The translations under genes were made by a program, and so were the position numbers. Under the pieces are notes generated by a model, which saw nothing but the letters and a program-made list of their open reading frames with translations, had not been told where the DNA came from and searched no databases. DNA of 63,997 bases, filler included, from Basidiobolus ranarum (taxonomy: Eukaryota): NCBI GenBank assembly GCA_040143965.1. It is 3 parts of 3 records of this genome, joined end to end, with 100 filler letters (N's around TTAATTAATTAA, not from the genome) between each part and the next. Parts side by side here need not be neighbours in the genome. Positions count along the whole stretch, not along the records: positions 21,488 to 42,859 come from JASJQH010007082.1; positions 42,960 to 63,997 come from JASJQH010007090.1; 1 more part is not named here. One strand, 5' to 3'. Positions 38,131 through 50,664 of the stretch are shown here, in pieces; positions within the stretch are counted from its first letter, which is position 1, and the number at the start of each line of letters is the position of its first letter.

Positions 38131-39678
38131 ATGTCGGCTTTTAGTTTTCAAAATTCTGGGTTTTGCCAGGTAGAAACAACTCCTTCGGCGAAAATCACTC
38201 TATCAGGAGTTCAAGAATCATTACTTCAAGAAGCCGAGAAGAATATTATCAGATATCGAGAGCATTTTTTTGGTCGAGGTTTGTCATTTTTACAATACCT
38301 GAAGAAATCATTCGCTTCGTTTAAGCCCTATATTCTTCGACAGAGCATCAAAATTACCTCGCACTGCAGAGCCCATTTGGACCTGTGTCAATATCAGTGG
38401 TAGAAGAAGATCACGAAAATAATCTATTTGTTATTATTAGAACCTCGCAGGTAAGAAATCTTTAAACTCTACCCACGTGTCATGATTGGTTGGGTTTAAG
38501 ATTCATCAGACACAGATTAATGAGTGTTACATTTACCTAGGGAACCGAGTTTCTAGTGGTTAACGCTGCCTCCATACACAACCCATGGTTTCGTAAATGT
38601 CTATCTCTTCCACTCACTATCAATGCCGTCATGAGACAAGCCAAACCGGGTTTCTTGAATTCTGTGAGGCTGAATCTCTGTAAGAATCCCATATTACCAA
38701 ATGCTCTCTTAGAAACAGAAGAAAGACAGGTAAGTTCAATTTAAATTGATGTGTGAGTAAACACGATTAATCTGAATTATATATTAGATCATTCGTAGTT
38801 ATAAATTTGGCGTATGCTATCTTGGCCCTGGCCAATCCAATGAAGAGCAAATGTTTTCCACCACCTGGGGTAGATATTTAGGATGTCTAACATTTGTTGA
38901 CATTGCAGTTAGAACTAAGACATTTCATTTAGAGCAAACATCACCGGCTTTTTCCGGATTCTTAAAATTTCTAGGAGAAACAATACGACTCAAGAGCTGG
39001 AAAGGGTATCGAGCAGGGTTAGATGTGATAAGTAGGTAGATTAGTAGTCACGATTTCAACATCCCGACTAATATATGATTCCATAAACTAGGCGATAATA
39101 CCGGTACTGAGTCAGTGTACACTAGTTGGCAGAACTATGAATTGATGTTTCATGTCGCTCCAATGTTGCCACACGACGAAAGGGATGCTCAGAACTTGGA
39201 AAGAAAACGACACATTGGCAATGATATCGTGGTGATAGTTTTCCAAGAGAGCGACGAACTTTTTGAATTGAGCAGTATCTCTTCTAACCGAAACCATATA
39301 GTATGTCTCGTAAAGCCGCATAAAGAGGGATATAGGTAAGTAAATATTTTCCTCGCAGGTCACCATTGATTCTAAGCATGAATATGATTGTAGGGTGTCT
39401 CTAGCTTGCCGAACGGGAGTGCCAGCCTTTCATCCAAGGCTTCCAGAGCCTGCAATCATTAATAAAGATGCTACATCGCGGGATTTCTTACTTCATATAT
39501 GCAAGTTTCTCTTTTGACTCTTCAAGTTATGAACATGTTACTGACATCCAGTTCTTTTGCAATGGAAATAGTAATCAACGCTGAGCGTGCATCATACAAA
39601 GTTCCGGTTTTCGCCACTCAAATATCCAGGACACGATCAGTTTTATTATACGATATCGTTGAACGGTTCACTAACTAA
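38131..39678 (+). CDS. Rap GTPase-activating protein, paralog 2
   Basis: Colinear with paralog 1, same 7 intron positions, RKRHIGNDIV. The last intron (39501-39571) is GC-AG. Confidence 0.9.
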
Positions 39679-39811
39679 AACCACCTAAACTCCCCCATAA
39701 AGTTCAACCTTTGACAAATATACCAAGTAAATTACAATAATATAGAGATTCTGTACAGGAGCAGATATAAATAGATATAAGGTATATGCTAGAGTTGACT
39801 ATCTTTCATCG

Positions 39812-40784
39812 TTATATATCGAGGTTCAACTGAGTATTTTGCAGTTGACTTTCGAACGGATCGTATGTGTCTAACGTATATAGTAACTTGACATTGTTAG
39901 GAATACCAAACTTGGAAGATTTAACTTGATGGGAATCCTCAATATTAATAGCATGAACCCACGGTAATCCAGATTTCTTAAGATTTTGTGTACGCAAGAG
40001 TTGTTCTACTGTGAGCTTAGAAGAGACTGCCCCTGAAAGAAAAGTCAGAGACGATAATATAAAGGACTAATAATAAATCCAACTTACAACTTATATTGAG
40101 TAATGTACTAGAATTTTCCCCCAAAGCATGCAGGAGAACCAACACCATGATCGCGACACTAGTAATGGAGGTGGCAATTGAGAATATCGTACCATCTTTT
40201 AGTAAAGCGGCGTAAAGCTTAGTTTTGACAAATTTCCATCGCTTGTAAACGGAGAATAGAAAGCACACGGAAAGGTATATGTTCAACATTATCTCTATCG
40301 TTACTACTCCAAGGGCTGTAGTAGGGTTTATCACACTCACACAGGTAAAAAGCGGTGTGATGGCTGTTTTGGTGAACAATATATTAGCAGCTCCTATAGT
40401 AAATCGAGCGAGACTAAGAACCACTCCATAGGAAAGTACAGTGTAAGATGATTCAGAGCAATAGTAGGCTTTAATCAAGAGAATAGTTTCGATACAGGTG
40501 GTGGAAAGTAAGTTCATGGTGGCTGCGACGTATACCCTCATTCCACACATCGAACTATACTGAAAGAAAAAGAAGATTAGAGCAACATTTGTGATGGCAC
40601 CCAGCAATGCCTGAATCAAGCACAAATAATGAATTGGCTTCCGATTCTTTGTGGCCATTTTCGAGGCATGATAAGTGTTGTTTATGAAGACGGTGGTAAC
40701 CATCGCTATCACGGTCATAACCATATTACTTTCATGTACTAGGCTCAGTGGAGCAGTGATTTGTGTAGGAGGCTTACTAATCAT
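39812..40784 (-). CDS. Orphan multi-pass (6-7 TM) membrane protein, GPCR-like
   Basis: Six or seven hydrophobic segments, Cys in two extracellular-like loops (SSMC, LFTC), one GT-AG intron near the 3' end and a hydrophilic tail. Confidence 0.6.
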
Positions 40785-41277
40785 CAGTAAAATTGAAGAC
40801 TGACAAGCCAAGAGCGAGATGTCCTCGTTTAAATGGCTAACCCAGACCAAGATCGAGCATCAGTCGAAAGTGCTCCTGCGTTTCACTAAGTATGTATAGT
40901 ATTGGGAATGAGCATTAGGAATATGTGTGAATCAAGTAATCAAGTGATTGTCTTGTACCTGAAATCTTCATACATGCATAACTAGATACACTCTAGATAC
41001 AGTGCTCCTCATCGTGCTTCTCATCGTCATGCAAAATGAAAAGCCATTCGATCAAGAGATGATATTAACCACTTTAGGCAAAATGAAACTCTTTACTTTG
41101 AAATGAAAATTTATTACTTGTATGAAAACTTATTACTAGTGACTGGCATAAAAGATGTTTCGGGGGAGAGGGAGAGGGAGGGGGAGGGGGAGATCATACT
41201 AAACTCTATTTACTATATTAATGAATGCTTGGATTGTGGCCTATGAACAATGGGGTTGTTGATGAATGTTGGTGTTT

Positions 41278-42129
41278 TTAGTGATGGCGGTGTTGAGTTA
41301 ATTCATGAGCTGGAGTTCTTCCTAGCACATCATCTCGAGTGGTTTCGGCAGCTGCTAAGAGTCTTTCTCTCAACTTCAGGGATACTCCTAAATCTCTTGC
41401 AGCCTTCATCAAGTTTTTCATCATTGCGTCAAAATGAAAGTCATTCAAGTCCAACAAGCGTTTATGGGCAGCCCGCATTTTTGACATGTTCATCTTCTTC
41501 CCTCCAAGCAAGTGTACCAAGAAAGTTGTTTGCATACGTTGAAGTCTTTCGATATTGACACCCTGGAAGAAAAGGCGAGTCTTGCGATCAGTGAGATTGT
41601 AGTGATAGAATTTCTCAACCATGAGCTCTACAATATCTTCTCCTAGGATTTCCAAGATCGTAGGCTCGCTATTTTTCGCGTCTCTTGGTAGCAGCTCGTA
41701 CGGATTTTTTAAAGGTTGGTTGAATGGGCATCCTTCAGCAGAGGCCATCTGTTCATTCAAGTCGGCCATTTTCCCTGCTTGACTAAAGGGACATCTTCCA
41801 GGGGATTTGGGTGTATTCATTGACTCTTCACTTCTGAGCTCATTAGATGCTACAGAGCCCTCGAATGGACACCTCTCCATAGTTCTTGTCGACTTTTGTG
41901 CATTTTCTAAGCTAGCCTTTTTGTCAACTTCGATATATATCTCAGAGCTGAGAGCAGATTTACTATTAAGCCTGACAGAGGAAGGAGTTATAGGGAGGGA
42001 GTCAGACGTCTCTAAAATCTCGAATTCTGTCTTGGATTTGGCGAGATCATTACACGATGCATACTTTCTTAGTAGCTTTTGATGAGAAGATGCTTTCTTC
42101 ATGCCAAAAAAATTTGCGAAAAATCCCAT
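41278..42129 (-). CDS. Group I truncated (2/2) haemoglobin with long N-terminal extension bearing three CPF motifs
   Basis: VEKFY (TyrB10), D..TRLFF (CD1), LQRMQ, LLGG, MRAAH (HisF8), HFDAM, LGV, DVLG. RCPF/RCPF/GCPF upstream; intronless. Confidence 0.88.
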   Translation of the reverse strand: MGFFANFFGMKKASSHQKLLRKYASCNDLAKSKTEFEILETSDSLPITPSSVRLNSKSALSSEIYIEVDKKASLENAQKSTRTMERCPFEGSVASNELRSEESMNTPKSPGRCPFSQAGKMADLNEQMASAEGCPFNQPLKNPYELLPRDAKNSEPTILEILGEDIVELMVEKFYHYNLTDRKTRLFFQGVNIERLQRMQTTFLVHLLGGKKMNMSKMRAAHKRLLDLNDFHFDAMMKNLMKAARDLGVSLKLRERLLAAAETTRDDVLGRTPAHELTQHRHH

Positions 42130-42710
42130 GGTGTTTTCAAAAAAAAGATCGGTAAACTGAGAATGAGGGCGAATAGAGAGTTGAGCGATGGTTATAGTTA
42201 CTGCAGCGGAGATTCGTTCCTTTTAAATAACTATGTAGTTGCATATGTGCAACAGGATAATTTAGCATAGTTAGAGCACAAAGCAGACCTGGGCCCATTC
42301 GATTCAAGCTGCTTGGTAAAAGAGAACTGTCGTGTGTTACATGTTTGCCACGGAAACGCCATGTTTATCACTAATAGGCCGAGTGCGTAGATCGATCTGG
42401 ACCCCTGGGTATGCAATGCACGGTAGCGTAGCTTCCTAGATGTATTTAGCCCCGAATCCTGTGAAAACAACCTCAGCTCGTACATTTTGACCTGTTTGTA
42501 AATCTTCAGCCAGAGATTGCTAACTCATCATCAGAGACTACCCAGAGACTACCATATCTGATTCATCAATTACTGGCTCTAAACAGATTATATTTACCGT
42601 ACTTTACCCATCCATGTGACTAGCTAATTAAGAGCAATAAATTAGATTTCAAACCAAACTCCACGCCGCCCCCACCAGGTCTATTTTCAGGAGCTAGAAT
42701 CTCTGTCATC

Positions 42711-42804
42711 CTTCCTTCAATCTTGATATATCTCCACGTTCCTTCTCTCTTCCTTCAATCTTGATATATCTCCACGTTCCTTCTCTCTTCCTTCAATCTT
42801 GATA
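42711..42804. repeat. 38-bp tandem repeat, ~2.5 copies
   Basis: cttccttcaatcttgatatatctccacgttccttctct repeated beside the gap. Confidence 0.85.
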
Positions 42805-42859
42805 AATACACCATCTTCTGATACAACGCGATATGTTGGTGATCAACATTAGTTAAATA

Positions 42860-42959
42860 NNNNNNNNNNNNNNNNNNNNNNNNNNNNNNNNNNNNNNNNN
42901 NNNTTAATTAATTAANNNNNNNNNNNNNNNNNNNNNNNNNNNNNNNNNNNNNNNNNNNN
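42860..42959. other. Scaffold gap with six-frame-stop linker
   Basis: 100 nt of N with ttaattaattaa at 42904-42915. Confidence 0.97.
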
Positions 42960-44917
42960 ATTCGGCTCATACTTGGATCGAACGTATTGGCACAAAACCT
43001 TAAATATACTCCAACCATCAATCTCACTTCTATAACAAAATTTTGCAAAGCCAACCAACCGGAATAGGAGTTTTGCGTGCTAAATAAACATAGTATGTGA
43101 TATCGGACAGAATATCGGTAATATGATGTGGTAGAGGACTCTCGAACGTGACGTCCAACTGCTCATCGCCTACATTGTAATCATTGCGTTAACGCGCTTG
43201 AATCAGTTATATACCACATATCATGTACCTACCTTTATTCAAACGAAACTTCGTCTTGGAAAAGTCTCGCCAGTTCTCGGAGACCGTGGTACCAGTAAAA
43301 TCCGTGATCCAAGGAAATACTGGATGAAAGTTTGGATCACCAATTCGTCGACCTTGAGAACACAGCCATCAGTTACTTGACTTGATGATCGCAAAACTAC
43401 GCGTGAATGGATTATATATTTACCGGCCAAGTGGTTCAACATCATGATATATGAGAAGTTTGGGATGTCTCCACGAACCCATTTCATAACCAAAGGTTCA
43501 TCTTCAATTTCTACAAAGCATTGTGCGTGTTTAGAATTTGGGAATATTTTCCAGTAACAAGCTAGTTTTACCTGGAGGTATGTTGTATTGGTGACCGCCT
43601 TCAAGAAACTGATCAACTACAACCAGGCATTAATTGAGAGTTACTACAAATAATTATGCGTATTCATCACCTTGGGATACTTTATCCTCAAATCCTTGAA
43701 ATCCAACAATAGACAACCATAAATTTTCATCGATGAATATATTCGATAGTTTCAATCTTTGTAGTGGAAAATAGGTGAGTTTGGTTCAAAGAAGCATCAA
43801 TTCGACTGCTATTTACCCTCCATGAATAACCCCGTTGGAATGGAACTGCGATATTGATTTCAGAAGTTGATATACAATGAACGATCTTTTGGTGTTCGAA
43901 TTTTGAAGTATTCTTGGATTGAAGTTCAACATATCATCAAGTGTGCTGCTTGTGTTAGATGCTAAAAAGAAATATGCTCGACTAGATTCAATAAGCGCAA
44001 ATGGCTCAATGACATTGGGAATAGCTCTAGTCTTCTGAGAGTAGTCTTGAGAAGGAAGAAATTCAAGAGAAAGAACATCCTTGGATTGATTTTCGTTCGG
44101 TACAATACGGTAGTGTTTGCAATGTGGAAAAAGTCTAGCTGTAAAATCTAGGACCAGGTCCTAAAATATTAGCTAAATATAGCATCCTCTATAATATAAT
44201 GAGATGTATTAAAGGTATACTTTTTGCAATTCAAGACTTTCTGAGGAATCGGCGTCTGAAGATGTATATAAAGGTACAAAATTATCAACAGCTTTGTCAA
44301 AGTCGGCTGGTTTGTCCGCAAGGTTTTTGGAATGCTCTTTAACATAATCGAGCAAGGTTAACTCACTCCCCGCTGAAGTTTCAAGTGTTTCGCCAGATGA
44401 TAACTGGGAATGGAAAAGTTGGGGCCTTCAATGGATGATAAATAAAAGAAATACTTTAGCTTTACAGATGTCAATACGAAGAGCCTCAACAACTCAATCA
44501 ATCACCTTCCACTTATATCAGTGGTTTTAGTAAGGACAGTTGTGAAAGCTGTACTGAAAGACGGATGAGAAGAGCTAGTATTTTCATTAATTCCATTTTC
44601 GGGTCCATATGTATGAATGATTGGCCGCTTCAGTAATAGCTCATTATTGTCCTGGAGAAAATTGGCTGGTTCATTGAGAATGTGTAACCACTTCTTGTCC
44701 AACTAGTACGAAAATATAAATTCATCAGGTCTCGATACCTTAGTTATGAAACAAGAAACATTGAACTAATTTACGAATCAAAATGTGTATTACATACAAC
44801 TGTGCAAACGTTCCGCCCTTTATCTTCGTTTACTTTGAAGTACGGGTAAGCTACATCTATCAATAGATCTTCTTTGATGAGAGTGGTCAATTCCTCAGTC
44901 GATAGTTGTTGTCCCAT
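42960..44917 (-). CDS. WDR81/LvsG-like BEACH-domain protein, 5' part (truncated by gap)
   Basis: [88 protein letters not shown]. Starts MGQQLS. Confidence 0.85.
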
Positions 44918-45773
44918 CACTTGCACTTTTCGACCGTTAAACTAAGGTTGACTACTGAAAGGACTATGCAATCCATGTTGATTAAAATAGGATTAAATTC
45001 CATCTATTTTTAAGCTTAAGAAATCGAAATACATCCAAGTCATCAATGGCAGTGTCACGGATTATAAACATGTTTTATGCAAATTTAATGCTAAAATTTT
45101 ATGTTCTGATTTACATCATTGCATTAGCCTGAGGGCTAGATGCATGCATCCTTTGTGACTGGATTTCACGTTGATTGGGACTACTTTCTGTACATACAAT
45201 TTTGTTGAGAAATTGCATATAAGCATGAAATGTAATGTCACACTAACCTGTCTACTATTTCACAGCTGCATGTACAATCTAAATTATTGTATTTTATAAA
45301 TAAGGGAAAGTAGAATTTTTAATTCAAGCTGTGCAACTCAGTTTGAGGTCTCGAGATTTTCTTATTTTTTGCATGTTGTTCTCGTGAACTCTCCATCATA
45401 ATCATAATTGCCCCTTGTCTAGAAGCATATGTAATATCGAATGCACAGTCTCATTACAGGGATACAATGGGTTGAGAGAGTTTGAAGGGTAAAACTTAAT
45501 ATATGTTAACATATCAAAGTGAGTGACATCGTTCGTTAACTCACTTCCCCTTCTCTAATCAACTTCTTTTATTAGATATTAGCTTAGTTTGGTCCATTCA
45601 TAAAGAAATTCCTTGTTCAGTCTAACTTAAACTTTCTCTCTATTTATTGTCACTCCTTACCATCGTTAAGATATTATTCAATTACCTGAAAACTCATAAT
45701 ATTCATTTCGGTCATTACACCTTTTTATACACTAAACACAATAGAAGCTTGATACTTCAAGTAGAAACATAAC

Positions 45774-48700
45774 ATGACGACCAATGTTGAAAATAAATCT
45801 GCGTTAAGACTTCCCTCAAGTATTTCAAAGGTAAACCTGGAAGTTCCTCCTTATGGATATTCGTATAACAAAATTCTTTGATATTTTCTTATTTTTTAAA
45901 GAAAATCTAAATGCCAAAGACTCACTTTATTACCTTCTGACGCATTTCTTACTCAGTCATTAGGTATGCGAGCTTTAAAAACTCGACAAAACACAGATGA
46001 GACGAACGTCAGCAATAGTAGCCATGACGATAGTGAAGGTTATTATGATTCGGGGCCGACTATAAATAATGAAGTCAACTTAAATAAATCTGGTGGTAGT
46101 ACGAGTCTATTACGCCCTGTGCGTGGCAGAATGGGCTTGCCACCACCCTCAGCAATCTTTAAAACTAACGGCAAATCGAGTGAACTTTCTTCAGAAGAAC
46201 CTAACAAACCGGAGGCTTTGATCATACCAAGCTCAAGTGCGTCCAATAAAGAAGAAGTAACCCCGCGATTCAAATCCAGTGATCCACTTGCTAATTCTAA
46301 TAGCGGCAGTAAAAATGCACTGTCAAATGGGAGAAAAGAGATCGGTCAAGCTCAAAAATCACCAATACCTACTCGAAACAAAGTCAATGTAAATCCATCC
46401 AAAACTGCATTAGCAATAGATAAGATGAAACAGGAAAGAGAGGAAAGAAGAAAACGTTTCGCAGAAGCTAGAGTGCAAAAGCAACAACAGCAGGGAGAGT
46501 CTTTTGAAGTAGCCAAGTATGTTGAGATGATCAATGAAATCCGTTCAGAGTTGGATACCAAAATAGTGAGGTCTAGACGCAAATCAATTGGTAATTGCGG
46601 TACCTCAGCTGCTGGTAAAGATGTATCCATCCAGGTGTGCGTAAGAAAGAGACCATTGAGTGGTAAAGGTAAGAATTAAGCATATTATGATCAGCAAAGC
46701 AGCTTTCCTTATTGAATTCAACAATCGCCTTTCCATTTAGAGAGTAACTCCTACGCATTTGACATTGCCACCTCTGCACCAAGCAAGAACAGAAGCACAT
46801 TAAGCAAGGTCTACATTCATGAGCCGAAGTGCCGATTAGATCTCACTAAAACAATCGAAACCCAATGGTTTGATTTTGATGAGGTCTTTGATGAAAATAG
46901 TACAAATATGCAGATTTACCGAGCGGTCGGAAAGCCATTAGTGGAGAAATTGTTTGAAGGTGGAAATTCTACATTGTTTGCTTACGGTCAGACTGGAAGT
47001 GTAAGTTCACATAGATTTCACTTTGTAGCAAAAAAAATTGAAATTCTACATACTTCCACTTACTATGAGTTTCACCCACAATAACTAAAGCGAGAATATT
47101 TACCTTGAAAATAGGGTAAAACTCATACAATCTTCGGTTCTTCGGGTGGACAAAGCCCAGTTCTGGGGGTTTATGAATACGTTTGCAGAGATTTGTTTCG
47201 TATGAAAGAGAGCTATGAGGACGACGAATTGACAGTATCTATGTGCTTCTTTGAGATTTACGGAGGGAAAGTGTTCGATTTGTTTGGTGATAAAGCATCA
47301 GTGAATATCCTAGAAGACGGAAATGGAAACGTACAGGTGGTTGGATTGAATGAGATTTGCGTTGCCTCCTTAGATGAAATGTTGAAATGCATAGAGCGTG
47401 GAAATCAATCACGTACGACTGCCTCCACAGAAGCTAATGCTACGTCTTCTCGGTCACATGCAATATTTCAAATCATTATACATAATTCCGACCACTCTAC
47501 GCTTAGTAAATTTTCGCTGATTGATTTAGCCGGGTCTGAAAGATCTTCAGAAAGCGGTTCTACAAGCAAGCAATCACAGTTTGAAGGGGCAGAGATCAAC
47601 AAGAGCTTGTTGGCTTTAAAAGAGTGCATTCGTGCTTTGAGTATCTATGGAGATTCTAAAAACGGACACGTACCATTCAGAGCCAGTAAATTGACCCAAG
47701 TGTTGAGAGATGCGTTAACTGGACCCCGTTCAAACACAGTAGTGATTGCAAATATTTCACCAAGCTCTCTTAGTTGTGAACACACGCTGAATACTTTGCG
47801 ATATGCTGGAAGAGTCAAAGATTTAAAAAGTGGAACTATGGCTTATAACCCAGGCAAGAAAATCAACAAGCAATATCCTGGTCCTGGTCCTGAAACACCA
47901 ACTTCAATTAGTGAAGAGCACGATGAAAATTCCGACGAAGATCAGATTACACTTTCTAGTGGAGATACCGACTCGGATGAGTTTTCCAATGTAAAAGAAG
48001 AAGAACTAGTCACCCCAAATTCTGCGGATGCTACTAATACATCACCATCGATGGAGGTATTTCCGCAAAGACAAACATCTCCACCTAAACCTGAACTTTA
48101 TGACAGCGAGAAAGTTTATAGACTGAGCTTCAAACAAAACCAAATTAATCCAGATCATCAAACCCCAAATGTGAAGACTTTTCTTAGCCCCAAAACCGTA
48201 TCTTTACGTGGCCAAGAGGCACCATCTCCGGATAATTCACCATTGGCAAACTTATCACGAAGAGTTCACACACCAGCAGAGCAGATACGTGAAGCCAATG
48301 TCGAGAAAGGTTCTACACAAATCGATGAGGACATCAAAGAAATAACTGCCATAAGTGCCACGCCAATTTCGAAGACTGATAAGACACTACGTAGCGTTGG
48401 CAGTACAAATATCACCCCCAGTACCACTCACTTACGGAATAAATTGAGGAAGCCAACCAAAAGTAACGATGCAACTCCAATGACGCCAGCATATGCCGTT
48501 TCCGTGGAATCGCCTACACCATCCATGAACACAGAACTACAAGAATCTTTGGACCGTCTACTAAAGCAACAGGCATATGCAATGGAAAGTGTGAATAGAC
48601 TAAGCGATCAAGAGAGAAAGATGTTTGAAGAAATCAATCGCACGGAAGAATTCATTGATTATCCTAACAAACTAGAAGAAATCCTTACCGAGAAAATTGC

Positions 48701-48797
48701 AGTACTAACCGCCTTCAAAGATCTGGTTGCTGGGTTTAAACAAAAATCCAGACAAGCGGTCGCTTGGGAGAACTTGAGAAATGCTGGACTAGAGTGA
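45774..48797 (+). CDS. Kinesin-13 (KIF2/MCAK-like internal-motor kinesin)
   Basis: VCVRKRPL, HEPKCRLDLTK, FAYGQTGSGKT, NATSSRSHA, IDLAGSER, EINKSLLALKECIRAL, HVPFRASKLTQVLRD, CEHTLNTLRYA. Central motor and C-terminal coiled coil; first intron 45831-45956. Confidence 0.9.
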
Positions 48798-49286
48798 ACC
48801 AAATATTCTTATACATTCAAATATCTTACCCCTAATTCATATTTTGTATTGATTCTTTAATATAAAAAGCTATTTTAATCTTCTATCTAATTACTAGATA
48901 CATAAATAGAAATTTATCCCGGTATTTTACGAAAGGTGGATTGATATAAGATTGGGATTGGCACAAACTAGATTAGTATTGAGATTGACATATATATCTA
49001 GATTGGGATTGATATTAGGAGTTTCTACGCATATGCAACGATTCTATCCCAACTATATGAGGTGACAGGACTGATATAGAGTGTGCTTCTGTTGCCTTAG
49101 AAACCCTGCAATACCAAGGGTTTGCAAGAGTGATTGTTTATTTATATTCGAACAGAGAGATTAAATGTTATAAAGAGCATGTCATAATTTGAAGAATCAA
49201 CTTTATTATTAGAATGTGGGATAGACTTTAAGATTGACTAAGTATATATTTCGCTAATAGATATGTGTTGGTGATTGAAATCCTTC

Positions 49287-49852
49287 TCACAAATACATCA
49301 AGACAAATCCGATTGCCATGAATCCAACAGCTAAGCAAGGCTTTCCTATGTCTGCAGAGTTGATCTTATTTGTGCTCACTGGCTTCACGCTGGAGGTAGC
49401 AGAGCTTGGACGAATCGATCCCGAGCTAAAAGACAGGAGATGTTAGTGAATTTGAAAATAACAAACAAATTGGTTAAATATCATTTGAACCTTGAACGTG
49501 CGCTAACTGCTGGTGAACCGGTTGCGGAAGGCATTAAACCACCTGGGTTTGAAGTAATGCTGAACCCAGTTGGTGTCGACAACGCGGCTGAGCTTACCGA
49601 AGAACCAGCTGATAGTGGTGAGCCTGTAGGGAGAATTGATGATGTTGAAGATAATAAGAAAGAAGGTGTTGGTATTGCTGATGTAGATTCTCCCGCAGAA
49701 GTTGCTGCATCACTGGTACTGGAACCACTATCATTGATAGCCGAAGATTCTATGGTTGGCTCGCTAGACTCCTCTCTGAAATCGACTTCATTTCTAACCT
49801 GAGCCACAACAGCGGTGCTTAAAGCAAGAACGATGAGTTGATTGAAATGCAT
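49287..49852 (-). CDS. Ser/Thr-rich secreted, probably GPI-anchored cell-surface protein
   Basis: Signal peptide MHFNQLIVLALSTAVVA, S/T-rich body, one intron, C-terminal NSA plus hydrophobic tail LAVGFMAIGFVLMYL*. Confidence 0.75.
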
Positions 49853-50493
49853 TTTGAAATGTGAATGTAAGAAGATGATTCTAAAAATGAGATAATAAGA
49901 AATGATAATCTCAAAGCAGGTTTTATAGTTCTTGCTATTCTTAAGATGACGGTATCTTGTGCTGATCTCCTGGAACATATACACAACCCCTAAGATTTGC
50001 ATGCGATAGCAATTATCCCTACTCTGGCATCGATGGTTAAAATGTTGGTGAGACATTAAGTATAATGATATGAACAATTGAGTGAATATCCCGACTTTGG
50101 TGACGAAATGTGCATCCATAATTTGACAGTTTACATATCCCATTGAATCCTTATTGTTATATAAATATGTCAAGCAAGCGATCTATATATGGGATCTACT
50201 GCATGTCCACCGATTGAATATGTCAAGTAGGAGTTAGGATGTAAGTATCCTTAGTAAGTATCTTTCATCCCCTCTCCGTATTATTCTGATGCACATTGCA
50301 AGTGTTCCAGTTTACTCTACACTAGATGGCTCTTTCCACTTCACTGTAAAAAACTTCGAACTTAAGCCATCAGAAACTATAATAGATAGAAAGCGACAAT
50401 ATCGAAGTTAAGTTATTCCTTTATTGGAAATCAAATTTGAAGGAAGGGGTATATGGGACTGATTATACTACGACCTTACTCATATTCCAGGTA

Positions 50494-50664
50494 TTAAATA
50501 CAACGCCAGTCCTGAGGGCACTTTCCAAGATCACAAGCGATAAGATTCATACAGCTCTTTGGTTTAGGGCATCCGGTGCTACGACAGTCTTTCTGCTGAT
50601 TTTGACCAGCGTTGGCTGCACCAAGAATTACCAAGATAAAAGCACCAATAGTCAAGAAGTTCAT
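50494..50664 (-). CDS. 56-aa small secreted six-cysteine peptide
   Basis: MNFLTIGAFILVILGAANA|GQNQQKDCRSTGCPKPKSCMNLIACDLGKCPQDWRCI*. Clear signal peptide; TATATA about 95 nt upstream; below the ORF-track length cutoff. Confidence 0.8.
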   Translation of the reverse strand: MNFLTIGAFILVILGAANAGQNQQKDCRSTGCPKPKSCMNLIACDLGKCPQDWRCI

